Of a stretch of DNA of 64,000 nucleotides, positions 28,364 through 42,631 are shown in pieces. The notes under the pieces were generated by a model. That model saw only the letters and a program-made list of their open reading frames with translations, was not told where the DNA came from and made no database searches. Within the stretch, counting starts at the first letter, position 1; each line of letters opens with the position of its first letter. The translations under genes were made by a program, and so were the position numbers. Source of the stretch: Leucoraja erinacea (taxonomy: Eukaryota); the NCBI RefSeq assembly GCF_028641065.1, contig NC_073401.1, forward strand, positions 24,304,001 to 24,368,000. The letters run 5' to 3'.

Positions 28364-30159
28364 AACACTTCCCTCAATGTCCTAGGGAATATCCTGTCAG
28401 GACCTGGAGACTTATCCACTTTTATATTTTTCAAAAGTGTCAGTACTTCTTTTACTTTGAAACTCATAGTATCCATAGCTACTCTACTAGTTTCCATTAC
28501 CTCACAGAATTCAATATCCTTCTCCTTGGTGAATACCGACGAAAATAAATTGTTCAATATCTCCCCCATCTCTTTTGGCTCTGCAGATAGCTGCCCACTC
28601 TGTCTCTCCAATGGACCAATTTTATCCCTCGTTATCCTTTTGCTATTAATATAGCTGTAGAAACCCTTTGGATTTACTTTCACCTTACTTGCCAAAGCAA
28701 CCTCATGTCTTCTTTTAGCTTTTCTAATTTCTTTCTTAAGATTCTTTTTACATTCCTTATACTCCTCAAGCACCTCATTTACTTCATGCTGCCTATAATT
28801 ATTGTAGATCTCCCTCTTTTTCCGTACAAGATGTCCAATTTCCAGGGAAAACCAGGGCTCTTTCCAATTTTTACTGTTTCCTTTCAACCGAACAGGAACA
28901 TAAAGATTCTGTACTCTTAAAATGTCCCCTTTAAATGTCCTCCATTTCTCTTCTACATCCTTCCCATAAAACAAAATGTCCCAGTTCACTCCTTTTAAAT
29001 CATTTCGCATCTCATCAAAGTTAGCCTTTCTCCAATCAAAAATCTCAACCCTAGGTCCAGTTCTGACCCTCTCCATAATTATATTGAAACTAATGGTATT
29101 GTGATCACTGGACCCGAAGTGCTCCCCAACGCATACCTCCGCCACCTGTCCCGTCTCATTTCCTAACAGGAGGTCCAACACTGCCCCTCCTCTAGTAGGT
29201 ACCTCTATGTATTGCTGCAAAAAACTATCCTGCACACATTTTACAAACTCTAAACCATCCAGCCCATTTACCGAATGTGTTTCCCAGTCTATGTGTGGAA
29301 AGTTGAAATCTCCCACAATCACTACTTTGTGCTTACTACTAATATCTGCTATCTCCTTACATATTTGCTCTTCCAATTCTCGATCCCCATTTGGCGGTCT
29401 ATAATACACCCCTATAAGTGTTGCTACCCATTTCCCACTTCTCAGTTCCACCCAAATAGCCTCCCTAGATGAACCCTCCAATCTATCCTGCCAAAGCACT
29501 GCTGTAATATATTCCCTGACTAGTAATGCAACACCTCCACCTCTTGCTCCTCCAATTCTATCACACTTGAAGCAACGAAATCCGGGAATATTTAGTTTCC
29601 AATCACAGCCCTCCTGCAACCATGTTTCACTGATCGCCACAACATCATACTTCCAGGTGTCTATCCAGACTCTAAGCTCATCCACCTTTCTTACAATGCT
29701 CCTAGCATTAAAATATGCACATTTAAGAAACCCTCCGCCTCTTATTCTCTGTTTATTTCCTTTTTTTTTCTTTCTCTTCTTGTGCCCGAGTGCTTCCCTT
29801 TTCTGCTTCCTGCCTCTCATTCTGTCTACTAGCTTTCTCTATTTGAGTCCCTCGCCCCAACCATTCTAGTTTAAAGTCTCCCCAGTAGCATTTGCAAATT
29901 TCCCCGCCAGGATATTGGTCCCCCTCGGGTTCAAGTGCAACCCATCCTTTCTGTACAGGTCCCACCTTCCCCAACAGAAGTCCCAATGATCCAGAAACTT
30001 GAATCCCTGCCCTCTGCACCAGTCTTTCAGCCACGCATTTATCCTCCACCTCGCTCCATTCCTACTCTCACTGTCGCGTGGCACAGGCAGTAATCCTGAG
30101 ATTGTTACCTTTTTGGTCCTTTTCCTTAACTCTCCTCCCAACTCCCTAAATCCTCCCTT
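28364..30159 (-). mobile_element. CR1 LINE fragment: end of ORF1 plus ORF2 APE endonuclease
   Basis: 494-aa ORF with YFNARSI, ISETWL, GGGVALLV, GVYYRPP, VGDFN, LDLLL, SDH. Confidence 0.93.
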
Positions 30160-30352
30160 GCCACCAAAATGGATAACCTCACATTTATCCACATTATACT
30201 GCATCTGCCAAACATTTGCCCACTCACCCAGCCTATCCAAGTCACCTTGCAGTCTCCTAGCATCCTCCTCACAGCTCCCCCCCTCTCCATACCCCCTGAT
30301 CCCTTTAGCTACAAGGGCCACATCTAACTACCTCTGAAATATAGCCAATGAA

Positions 30353-31272
30353 CTGGGGGGCAGTGTTAGCTGTGAGGAGGATGCTAGGAGACTGCAAGGT
30401 GACTTGGATAGGCTGGGTGAGTGGGCAAATGTTTGGCAGATGCAGTATAATGTGGATAAATGTGAGGTTATCCATTTTGGTGGCAAAAACAGGAAAGCAG
30501 ACTATTATCTAAATGGTGGCCGATTGGGAAGGGGGAGATGCAGCGAGACCTGGGTGTCATGGTACACCAGTCATTGAAGGTAGGCATGCAGGTGCAGCAG
30601 GCAGTAAAGAAAGCGAATGGTATGTTAGCTTTCATTGCAAAAGGATTTGAGTATAGGAGCAGGGAAGTTCTACTGCAGTTGTACAGGGTCTTGGTGAGAC
30701 CACACCTGGAGTATTGCGTACAGTTTTGGTCTCCAAATCTGAGGAAGGACATTATTGCCATAGAGGGAGTGCAGAGACGGTTCACCAGACTGATTCCTGG
30801 GATGTCAGGACTGTCCTATGAAGAAAGACTGGATAGACTTGGTTTATACTCTCTAGAATTTAGGAGATTGAGAGGGGATCTTATAGAAACTTACAAAATT
30901 CTTAAGGGGTTGGACAGGCTAGATGCAGGAAGATTGTTCCCGATGTTAGGGAAGTCCAGGACAAGGGGTCACAGCTTAAGGATAAGGGGGAAATCCTTTG
31001 AAACCGAGTTGAGAAGAACTTTTTTCACACAGAGAGTGGTGAATCTCTGGAACTCTCTGCCACAGAGCGTAGTTGAGGCCAGTTCATTGGCTATATTTAA
31101 GAGGGAGTTAGATGTGGCCCTTGTGGCTAAGGGGATCAGGGGGTATGGAGAGAAGGCAGGTACGGGATACTGAGTTGGATGATCAGCCATGATCATATTG
31201 AATGGCGGTGCAGGCTCGAAGGGCCGAATGGCCTACTCCTGCACCTAATTTCTATGTTTCTATGTTTCTATG
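30353..31272 (+). mobile_element. CR1 LINE 3' portion (duplicate of 19830-20755)
   Basis: ORF2 C-terminus and TTTCTATG tail. Confidence 0.92.
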
Positions 31273-34200
31273 GCTCGAAGGGCAAAATGGCCTACTCCTG
31301 CACCTGTTGTCTATTGTCTATAATATCATCAAAATGTGGCCCAACCAGTTTTGTGCGGCTGCCAAATAATTGTCGACTTTTCTACTCAATGCCTTTCTTG
31401 ATATCAAGGCAAAGAGGTATATTTTTACAACCTTGTCAGCATATGTTGACACTCTAAGGGAGTTGTAGACTGACAACCCAAGATCCCTGGGCCAAAAGGT
31501 CCTGCCATTTTCTGTATACTTTTCTCTTACATTTGACCTCTCAAAGTTAACTTTTATGTGTTGTGTTGCTTTTTTGAGTATGGCTGTATGGTAATCGAGT
31601 TTCACTGTACCTTAATTGGTATACGTGACAATAAACAGACCTTGAAAGTGCAACATTCCCCTCAATGTCCAGATTAAACTGTAGCTTACTTCTTACTCAA
31701 AATACCAATTTCTTCACTAACAGCTAACAGTGGCCTGTTTCCTTTATCATCGTTACTTTCCTACATATCTATAATTCATTTGTTCTATATCACCATCTAT
31801 ATCTCTCGTTTCCCTTTCTCCTGTCTCCTGACTCCTGACCCGAAACGTCACCCACTCTTTCTCGTGTTCAAGAAGAAACTGCAGATGCTGGAAAATCGAA
31901 GGTACACAAAAATGCTGGAGAAACTCAGCAGGTGCAGCAGCATCTATAGAGCGAAGGAAATAGGTAACGTTTCGGAAGAAGGATTTCGGCCCGAAACGTC
32001 ACCTATTTCCTTCGCTCCATAGATGCTGCTGCACCCGCTGAGTTTCTCCAGCATTTTTGTGTACCCACTCTTTCTCTCCGGAGATGCTGCCTGTCCCGCT
32101 GAGTTACTCCAGCTCTTTGTGTTTATCACAGGTTTGCTGTTGGCTTATATAAGTTGCTCTACCGTGTAGATGCGAAACTAGTCCAACAGAACCACTAATC
32201 GTCGGGCTGGAGGGCCTGTTTCAACGTTGTATCTCTAAACTAAACCGAACCTGGTGGATCCCGCACATAATTCACATCCTCAACAGCTGAAGTACTTACC
32301 ACGGAGTGTGGCACGAAGTGGCAGGTCCAGAAACTGGAGACACGGAGCAGGGCAGGTGATGCCACGGGTTGAAACAGGAAGGGTGGGTGCGGGCGTGACT
32401 AGGGCGGCGAAATATAAATGCAATTGGGATGTGGAAATGATATGCTGACACCTCATGAGACGAGGGTGTGTGTGTGTGGGTGTATGTGTGTGGGTGTGTG
32501 TCTGTCTCTCTCACTCACTCACCATTCACCCGCTCACCAGATAACCTCGTGTAAAGCTCATGTCCATGGCCACCCATATATCACCCCTTCACAACCATCG
32601 TTCACCCACCTCCCACCTCTGACAAGCGATCTTCAGCCTGAACATAGACACAAAAAGCTGGAGTGACTCAGCGGGACAGGCAGCTTCTCTGGAGAGAAGG
32701 AATGGGTGACTTTGGGAATGTTGTGCCAACTTCAGGAGTGGAGTCTGTGCCCTAATACTGGAATGGTGATGATGTCCGGCCGACTATAACTGGACAGATA
32801 ACAGACCCACTGGCATTAACTAACCCGGCAACCTCCCTGTATCCACATTTGCTTTGGGACATACAACATCTTACACTCATCGAGTGAATCCTGAGCTGCC
32901 AATTTTCATTTTCTTGTTTTGCTTGAGATGGAAGTTAGTCTAGTTTACAGATACAGAACGGAAACAGGCCCTTCGGCTCACCGGGTCCGCACCGACCAAC
33001 GATCCCCACACATTACCCTACGCACACTAGGACCAATTTAACCTACAGCCCTGCGCGCCTTTGGAGTGTGGGACGAACCCGAAGATCTCGGAGAAAACAC
33101 AAGCGGTCACGGGGAGAATGTACAAACTCCGTACAGACAGCACCCGTGGTCAGGATCGATCCCGGGTCTCTGGCGCTGCAAGGCAGCAACTCTATCGCTG
33201 CGCCACCGTGCCGCCCATAATTCCTCACCGCTATCTCAAGTTCTCACTGTTTCATTCGCAAAACCAACACTTTAAAATAAATGTTACAATACATTTGGAC
33301 GGGTACACGGATAGGAAAGGTTTCGTGGGATGTGGGCCAAATGCGGGCAGGTGAGGCCATAATTCCCGTGCAAGTGGAATGGTAACCCCACGTTCTCGGG
33401 GAGGGGAGGGCGTAGAGAGAGGCAGGTGAACTTTATGAAGAAGGACAAGCGTGGTGGTGCAGCCAGCGGTACGGTTGTTCCCTAACGGCGCCAGAGGCCC
33501 GGGGTTGATCCTGGCCACGGGTGCTGTCACTACATAGTCTGTACGTCCTTCCTGTGACCGCGTGGGTTTATTCCGGGTGCTCCGGCTTCCTCCCACATTC
33601 AAAAGGTGTCGATGGTGGGTGTGAGTGAATTGGCTTCCGTAAATTGTACCCAGGATGTGGGATAGAACTCGTGTCTGAAGAACCTGTTTACACGCGGTAT
33701 CTCTAAACTAAATTAAACTAAACTTAACTAAATTAAAGTTCCCGACCCAAAATGCCACTTATCACAGAGATGCGACTTGACCCCATGAGTTACTCCAGCA
33801 CTCTGTGTCCTGTCAGGTACAGGTTAGGTTGGCCACCCTGTCTAAGGTTTGCCAGTTGAGTTGAGAAGATCCAAGAGAAGTCCCAGCCCATACTTGCTTT
33901 GACGGTTCTTTCTTGCTGTGACATTTGTGGTTTGACACAAGAGTGAGACACAAGAAATGAGACACCATGCAACCTTGAACATGCTCAAATCATTTTAATA
34001 GATTATAGAAAATACACGACCACCACCTTCGTTAACTGAGCCACAGACAATGTCATTAAGAATGACCATTAGATACGATCATTGCAGGATTTAGTAGTGA
34101 CAGCATTAATTAGAAGAAAGCCCTGGACTGAGGGTGTGAACATCCCAATAGGATGTAAACCTGGATTTTCAATAGGATTCCCAAATGCTGCTACATTCAT

Positions 34201-34537
34201 ATTTTGGAGAGGGAGTGAGGATATTGGACACGGATAATTGCAGATTTTGGTTATGAACGTTATGGGAAGAGACACAAACCAGAATTAGCTTTCCCTGCAG
34301 GGAGATTGAAGCGATCCAGTCTTTAGCATCATGAGTGGCACAGATAGTGAAAGACGGTGAGAACGGGATAAGGAGTGTTGGATTTAAATGAGATTACTGA
34401 TTACATTAACGTAGCAAATAAGGAGATCGATCTATGGTCCCTCGAGTTGCTGGAAGCAAACTGCAGGATGCAACCTGTAAGGCAAGTATCCCCCACAGAG
34501 TCGAGGAGACTCGTAAACGCAGGGACACGTTGAGGCC

Positions 34538-35889
34538 CTATTTACATTTCTTCATACCCTTGTATTTTGGATTGTACGTGGGAAATGCTTTGGCGAAGCA
34601 AGCGGCCGCATTGCTATCACATTCACAGACAAACTTCGCACATTTACCATTTTTACCTGAAAAGAAACGGAAAACGCATTATTTAGAGCATATTGCCCAT
34701 GGATTGTGAAGGAAATAATTTTCCAAGCCTCTCCTGGACCATACTCACTGTCGCAAATCACGGTCTTTTTTGAACAGGTGTACTCGTAGGGCATAACTTT
34801 GGGGTCCTTAATAATTTTGCAGCCGATTTTCTTAGCCGCGCCATAACATTTGTCGTGTGTCTGACAGCACCTGCAAGAACATGGGTCATGTCAGGTAGGA
34901 AACACTGCAACCATAATCAACACAACACTTTGACTGATGGTTTGCAGCAGCACAAACATCATATGCAGCAAAATAGTCCCGAGGTGATCAGAGCGGAACC
35001 AGCCTGAGCAGGTTTGAGATCCACATTGGACCTGTGGGCGGTGGGGTGGGAGACTCATTGTGGGATGGGAATACTTGCAAACCAGGAGCTGCCTGAAGTG
35101 AGGCAGGAACAGTGAGGGCGGCACGGTGGCGCAGCGGTTGAGTTGCTGCCTGACAGCGCCAGTTACCCGGGTTCAATCCAAACCTCGGGTCATATCTGTG
35201 TGGAGTTTGCACGTTCTCCCTGTGACCCAATGAGTTTCCTCAGGCGCTAAACTCAGGTGCTCCAGTTTCCCCCCATACTGTGACTAGTGTGAACGATGGT
35301 TGGCATGGACCCGATGGGCCAAATGGCCTGTTTCCATACTGTATCTGTAAACTAGAATGGCTCCAAACCCTAGGCGACAATAAGTCAGTGGCACCCAAGA
35401 ATATTTCATAAAACATACATTTCACAGCTCATGGGAAAATCTATTGGGATATTCTGAATGTGAAGAATGAACGGCCTGCAGTGAAGGTTCAATCCTGCAG
35501 CTTCAGTAAATGGAGACGAACAATTGTCTGGGCCAGAGCCAGCCCTGGCCTGCAATGTGTGTGACCCGGCTCCAGACAGACCTCTGCATCGACCCACCTG
35601 TCCAGATCATCCACCGGTTTCCCCTGTCCACCAAGCCCGCAGTAACATCCGTAGCCGTTGAACGTTAAAAGTGGGATGCTCCCTGGGATGGCGCACTTAA
35701 TCAAGTTGTTGAACTGCAAGAGGTTTCTGGGCTGAAGGGACTCAGTGTCACCGCCGGCTACACCAGGGGGGAGGCAACCTGACAGAAACAAACATGTTAG
35801 AACATCAAGCGAGCAACATCCAAGGCAAGGCAGAGGCGGGGGAGAGACACGTTACCTGGGAGCAGAAGTACCAGAAGTAGCCCCAACAT
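34538..35889 (-). CDS. PLA2G1B: Group IB secretory phospholipase A2, copy 2; exons 35889-35856, 35778-35598, 34870-34749, 34656-34538; 151 aa
   Basis: Same exon sizes (34/181/122/119). Mature [122 protein letters not shown]; intact frame. Confidence 0.95.
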
Positions 35890-35943
35890 CTTCGTTTGCT
35901 GTGTCTAGTCCTGGAATCAATACTCTGAATGCTCAGCCCATGC

Positions 35944-36055
35944 TTTTTATAGTCAGCCTCGACCAACGTCCAGGTTCAGACCCCTGGATCACGTCATGGC
36001 ATCTGTTAATGTGGATAAGATAAAGGCTAAACTTCCGTTGATACAGCTGGAGTCA
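35944..36055 (-). promoter_or_regulatory. PLA2 copy 2 proximal promoter
   Basis: TATAAAAA at 35951-35944; same motifs conserved. Confidence 0.65.
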
Positions 36056-38923
36056 AATTTGACTTGGGGGGAGGGGGGTGAACTTGACTTGACTTGAGTT
36101 TGACTGGGCTGGAGAAAACAAACTGCTCCGGACAGCTTGGGAATGGCGTAGTAGAGGTCAGGCTACACCTTGGCCGTGACGCTGTGCACAGTCAGATGGT
36201 CGTTAGTCAGTCTGGGCTTCCATGAAGGAGGCACTGGATTGGGCGGGTGGACGTGGATCTGTAGACAACCCTCATAGAGAGAAGAATAGCGCAGTTGGCT
36301 CTTTTCATTGGGCCTTCACTTTTTGAAGGTGGATTACCCCTTGCGTGCCGGGAGTGTCGACTAGCAATAAACGACAGATATATGCATGCACACATTTATG
36401 AAAGTGGGAGTTATTTTACAATTAGAACATTACAAATAGAACATTGCAGGAAAATTATTGCAAAGTTGAACAAACTTTCATCATAAAGCAACAACACTGG
36501 TTTTATTAGATATGATTAATTTGCAGGAGTGATCACTGGTGGAAGAGCAATATATTTTGCTGCACAGAAATTCAATTTGGGCTTATTTTCACTCAATAGC
36601 CACTAAAATGGATGTTAATGTTTAAGAAAGAACTGCAGATGCTGGAAAATTCGAAGGTAGACAAAAATGCTGGCGAAACGCAGTAAGTGAGGCAGTATCT
36701 ATGGAGCTAAGCGATGTTTTGGGTCGAGACCCTTCTTCAGATGAATGTTAATGTTCACTCATCAATTCTAATTCACTGGGTGCTTGGGTTTAAAGTTTTT
36801 ATTTGTATTTCAGTACAAATTTGTCGCTTAATCATCTTGGCATATTTGTAAATTGGCCCTAGTGTGTGTAGGATAGTGCTAGTATGCGTGGATTGCAGGT
36901 CGGCGCATCCAACATCCATGGAACCATGCAGCAGCTGTGAAGCACACACCCCCCTCCCACTCCCACATTGACCTTTCTGTCCTGGGCCTCCTCCATTGTC
37001 AGAGTGGGGCCAAACGAAAATTGGAGGAACAACACCTCATATTTCACTCGGGCAGCTTACACCCCAGTGGGGAGGGGACGGGGAGTGGAGGTAGAAGATA
37101 ACTTAAAATTAGTCAATCAATGTTCATGCTGCTGATTTGTAAGCTATCCCAGCGAAATATCAGGTGCTGTTCCTCCAAATCACTTGTGGCCCCACTCTGC
37201 CAATGGAGGAGGCCCAGGACAGAAAGGTCAGGAAGGTCCCTGTAATCTGCCTATCAAACATCCCCTTACATGTATCCACCTATCACTCACCAGGCTTTGC
37301 CCTCCACCTCTCCAGCTTTCTCCCTCTCCAACCACAATTAGTCTGAAGAAAGATCCCAACCAGAATCTTCACCTATCCATGTTTTCCAGAGATGCTGCCT
37401 GATCCACTGAGTTACTCCGCGCACTTTTTGTCTTCCTTTTTGTAACCAGCACCGGCTGCAGTTTCTTGTTTTCCCCTTTGAACCCACTAGGTTTCTTCAT
37501 CTGTAAATGTGGCTCCACAATCACTGTCATTACCATTCTGTTCTGTAGGTCTTGGGGATGACCAAACACACACTGTTTCCTACTACACTCCCTGTGTCTC
37601 CAGACACCCCCCTTTGTACGTGTGTGTCCAATCCCCACAAGCTTCCAGAGGAGGTTGTTGAGGCTGGGACTGTCCCACCGTTTGAGTGACAGACAGTTAC
37701 ATGGATGGGACAGGTTTGGAGGGATATGGACCAAGCACAGGCAAGTGGGACTAATGTAGCTGGGACATTGTTGGCTGGTTTGGGCAAGTTGGGCAACCCA
37801 GCAATTCAAATGACACCATGTTTCAGGAAGTGTTCCAATGGCCATTGGCGATACCACTTCTTTACATTCCATGAGTCGAGTGATTCATAACCAAATGTGT
37901 GCATTTGCATTTCATGAGACAAAGGCTGCTCTTAACTGTAACCACATTAAAATAATTTTTAATCTTTTCAAGAGATGTCCCAATCAAGAAGAGCAGTTTG
38001 AACAGCAAAGTGGAAGTTTTACATATGGTTCAGCTTCCGGAAGAAGAGGATAAGTTCTGTGGTTGTGAACGATTGCAGCAGGATCTGGATCGATTGACCA
38101 GGTGGACGGAGGAATGGTTGATGGAATTTAATACAGAGAACTGTGAGGTGTTACATTTTGGGACGTCGAACAAGAGCAGGACCTACACAGTAAAGGGGAG
38201 GCCTCTGGGTAGTGTTTTAGTGTTAAACTAAGTTATTTTGTCAGTCCAATTCAAGAAAACCATTGCTGCTAAAATCAATTCTTTATTCTGACAGCGCTGG
38301 AAACCTTCCAACACAGAACTAGATCTCTGGGGCAGGTCGAAAGAACTAATGTTTTGACACAACCATAACACATTATATAGGTATTAGACAATTATGAATG
38401 GAATGGCAAACTATTAACCAATCATTATGGTTTACCATACATTTAACTTATTTGCATTAACCAATCAACTAAATCCTTTCCAGTGATCGACACTATGTAT
38501 AGTCACATGATTTCCCCTTTTACGGACCCTTTACAACCTTTTTCCCCTCTGAGGTTTTCTTTAACCTCTTTGCTCAAAATCATTTTATTTCAATGTGGTA
38601 TAACCACAGAGATATAAAACTAATTTTCAAAGAACACCTCTCAGAATATAAAATACACATCATACAGCAATCACACAATGCATACACACAAAACACATAT
38701 TTTCACTTTTGGAAAAGAAAGTTATTTCTAAAACTTCAAATGTAAACAAAATCTAATACTCACAATCCTAATTAAACACAATGCACTTCACAAATAATTT
38801 GTCGGGAATAATAATACAACCTTATACGGTTATTCTAAATGTAGACTTTGCTGGTTCAGCCTGTGGCTCGGAAAATCAGCTGGTGCTTCATAAAATCAAT
38901 TACATATTTTCACTTTTGGACAA

Positions 38924-40950
38924 AACACTTCCCTCAATGTCCTAGGGAATATCCTGTCAGGACCTGGAGACTTATCCACTTTTATATTTTTCAAAAGTGT
39001 CAGTACTTCTTTTACTTTGAAACTCATAGTATCCATAGCTACTCTACTAGTTTCCATTACCTCACAGAATTCAATATCCTTCTCCTTGGTGAATACCGAC
39101 GAAAATAAATTGTTCAATATCTCCCCCATCTCTTTTGGCTCTGCAGATAGCTGCCCACTCTGTCTTTCCAATGGACCAATTTTATCCCTCGTTATCCTTT
39201 TGCTATTAATATAGCTGTAGAAACCCTTTGGATTTACTTTCACCTTACTTGCCAAAGCAACCTCATGTCTTCTTTTAGCTTTTCTAATTTCTTTCTTAAG
39301 ATTCTTTTTACATTCCTTATACTCCTCAAGCACCTCATTTACTTCATGCTGCCTATAATTATTGTAGATCTCCCTCTTTTTCCGAACAAGATGTCCAATT
39401 TCCCTTGAAAACCAGGGCTCTTTCCAGTTTTTACTGTTTCCTTTCAACCGAACAGGAACATAAAGATTCTGTACTCTTAAAATTTCCCCTTTAAATGTCC
39501 TCCATTTCTCTTCTACATCCTTCCCATAAAACAAAATGTCCCAGTTCACTCCTTTTAAATCATTTCGCATCTCATCAAAGTTAGCCTTTCTCCAATCAAA
39601 AATCTCAACCCTAGGTCCAGTTCTGACCCTCTCCATAATTATATTGAAACTAATGGTATTGTGATCACTGGACCCGAAGTGCTCCCCAACGCATACCTCC
39701 GCCACCTGTCCCGTCTCATTTCCTAACAGGAGGTCCAACACTGCCCCTCCTCTAGTAGGTACCTATATGTATTGCTGCAAAAAACTATCCTGCACACATT
39801 TTACAAACTCCAAACCATCCAGCCCATTTACCGAATGTGTTTCCCAGTCTATGTGTGGAAAGTTGAAATCTCCCACAATCACTACTTTGTGCTTACTACT
39901 AATATCTGCTATCTCCTTACATATTTGCTCTTCCAATTCTCGATCCCCCATTTGGCGGTCTATAATACACCCCTATAAGTGTTTGCTACCCCTTTCCCAC
40001 TTCTCAGTTCCACCCAAATAGCCTCCCTAGATGAACCCTCCAATCTATCCTGCCAAAGCACTGCTGTAATATCTTCCCTGACATCCCTAGTAATGCAACA
40101 CCTCCAACTCTTGCCCCTCCAATTCTATCACACTTGAAGCAACGAAATCCGGGAATATTTAGTTTCCAATCACAGCCCTCCTGCAACCATGTTTCACTGA
40201 TCGCCACAACATCATACTTCCAGGTGTCTATCCAGACTCTAAGCTCATCCACCTTTCTTACAATGCTCCTAGCATTAAAATATGCACATTTAAGAAACCC
40301 TCCGCCTCTTATTCTCTGTTTATTTCCTTTTTTTTTCTTTCTCTTCTTGTGCCCGAGTGCTTCCCTTTTCTGCTTCCTGCCTCTCATTCTGTCTACTAGC
40401 TTTCTCTATTTGAGTCCCTCGCCCCAACCATTCTAGTTTAAAGTCTCCCCAGTAGCATTTGCAAATTTCCCCGCCAGGATATTGGTCCCCCTCGGGTTCA
40501 AGTGCAACCCATCCTTTCTGTACAGGTCCCACCTTCCCCAACAGAAGTCCCAATGATCCAGAAACTTGAATCCCTGCCCTCTGCACCAGTCTTTCAGCCA
40601 CGCATTTATCCTCCACCTCGCTCCATTCCTACTCTCACTGTCGTGTGGCACAGGCAGTAATCCTGAGATTGTTACCTTTTTGGTCCTTTTCCTTAACTCT
40701 CCTCCCAACTCCCTAAATCCTCCCTTCAGGACCTCTTCCCTTTTTTTACCTATGTCATTGGTACCTATATGTACCACAACCTCGGGCTCCTCTCCCTCTG
40801 ATTTCAGGATATCTTGGACGCGTTGAGACACGTCCGAGACCTTGGCACCAGGGAGGCAGACCACCATCCTGGTCTCCCGACTGCGTCCACAGAATCGCAT
40901 ATCCGACCCCCTAACAATAGAGTCCCCAATTACTATTGCCCTCCCTCCCC
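38924..40950 (-). mobile_element. CR1 LINE fragment: ORF1 SGNH/GDSL esterase domain plus ORF2 endonuclease (frameshifted)
   Basis: VIGDSIVRG, CLPGA, VHIGTND, DGLHLN in ORF 40433-40957; endonuclease motifs follow. Confidence 0.92.
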
Positions 40951-42000
40951 CTTCCACTCTCCCTCCCCACTATTTCCCCTCTCTCCCCCCCCCCCCCCCC
41001 ACCCTCCCCTCCCTCCCCCACACTTTTCCCCTCCCCTTCCCTGCCCCCCATCTCCCTCCCCCTCCGCCACACCTCTCTCTCTCTCCCCCTCCCCATCCCT
41101 CTCTCCCCCCTCCCCATCCCTCTTGCCCCCTCCCCATCCCTCTCTCCACCCCTCCATCTTCCTCACCTCACCCCTCCATCTCCTCACCCCTCTCTCTCAA
41201 CCCCCACTCACTCCCACCACCACCCCTCTCTCACCACCCCTCTTCCCTCTCCCCCTTCCCTCCCCACCCCCTTCCCTCTCTCCCGTGCCCTCCCTCTCCC
41301 CCTCCCCACTCCTCCCCCTCCATTCACACTCTTCCCCTCCACCCCCTACCCTTGGGGCCCTTGTGGCTAAGGGGATCAGAGGGTATGGAGAGAAGGCAGG
41401 TACGGGACACTGAGTTGGATAATCATCAGCCATGATCATATTGAATGGCGATGCAGACTCGAAGGGGCCGAATGGCCTACTCCTGCACCTAATTTCTATG
41501 TTTCTATCTCCCTCCTCGCCTCCCCCCCCTCTCTCCCCCACACCTCTCCCCCCTCCCCACCCCCTCTCTCCATCTCCCTCTCTCCATCTCTCTCTCATCA
41601 CCCCTCTCCCTCTCCCTCTCCCTCTCCCCCCCCACCCCCATCCCTCCCCCCCCCCCTTCCCTCTCTCCCCACCCCCTTCCCCTACCCCTCTTGACCACTT
41701 CTCTCCACCTCCTCCTCCTACCCTCCCCTCCCCACTCTTTCCACACTCTCCCTCCACTCCATCCCTCTCCCCTCCCCCCCCTCACTCTCCCCCTCCCTCC
41801 CCCCTCTCCCCCACACCTTCCCACTACCCCTCTGTCCCTCTTCTATCACTCCCCCTACCCCTCCCCTCCCCACTCTCTACCACTCCCCCCCCCCCTCCCT
41901 CCCCACTATTTCCCCTCTCTCCCCCACCCCTCTCCCCTCCCCTCCCTGGTTAGTGTGGTTAGTGTGAGGGTGATGCCCAGCGGGTCTGCACTTGGTCTAG
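40950..42000 (+). mobile_element. 3' part of a Helitron-like element (C/T-rich tracts, CR1 3' piece, hairpin remnant, CTAG end)
   Basis: Ends cccagcgggtctgcacttggtCTAG|T at 42000/42001; layout mirrors 55244-56900 in reverse. Confidence 0.6.
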
Positions 42001-42469
42001 TATCTAATAAAACCAGTGTTGTTGCTTCATGATGAAAGTTTGTTCAACTTTGCAATAATTCTCCTGCAATGTTCTATTTGCAATGTTCTAATTGTAAAAT
42101 AACCCCCACTTTCATAAATGTGTACATGCATATATCTGTCGTTTTGTTGCTAGTAGACACTCCCGGCACACAAGGGGTAATCCACCTTCAAAAATTGAAG
42201 GCCAAAAGGAAAGAGACAACTGCGGTATTCTTCTCTCTATGAGGGTTGTCTACAGATCCACGTCCACCCGCCCAATCCAGTGCCTCCTTCATGGAAGCCC
42301 AGACTGACTAACGACCATCTGACTATGGACAGCGTCACGGCCAAGGTGTAGCCTGACCTGCACCACCCCATTTCCAAGCTGTCCGGAGCAGTTTGTTTTC
42401 TCCAGCCCAGTCAAACTCAAGTCAAGTCAAGTTCACCCCCCCCCCCCCCCCCCCCCCCCCCAATTCAAA

Positions 42470-42577
42470 TTTGACTCCAGCTGTATCAACGGACGTTTAG
42501 CCTTTATCTTATCCACATTAACAGATGCCATGACGTGATCCAGGGGTCTGAACCTGGACGTTGGTTGACTATAAAAA
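42470..42577 (+). promoter_or_regulatory. PLA2 copy 3 proximal promoter
   Basis: TATAAAA 42570-42576 (~60 bp before the ATG), CRE-like TGACGTGA 42531-42538, E-boxes CAGCTG 42478-42483 and CAGATG 42522-42527, paired reverse GATA motifs 42504-42514. Confidence 0.65.
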
Positions 42578-42631
42578 GCATGGGCTGAGCATTCAGAGTA
42601 TTGATTCCAGGATTAGACACAGCAAACTAAG

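Larger units (their letters stand above)
19830..40726. repeat. ~10.5 kb tandem segmental duplication (unit 1 ~19830-30159; unit 2 ~30353-40726), one PLA2 gene per unit
   Basis: Colinear near-identity at offsets ~10520-10570 throughout. Confidence 0.93.

Noticed and set aside
28336-29820. Longest ORF (494 aa) as a host endonuclease gene
   Set aside because: It is a truncated CR1 ORF2 APE domain, and its duplicate is frameshifted
40433-40957. GDSL/SGNH esterase next to PLA2 genes as a partner lipase
   Set aside because: This is the known esterase domain of CR1 ORF1, directly upstream of ORF2
40814-42032. Proline-rich and Gly/Arg-rich ORFs (also 55330-57041)
   Set aside because: Translations of C/T and G/A low-complexity tracts, probably with sequencing errors
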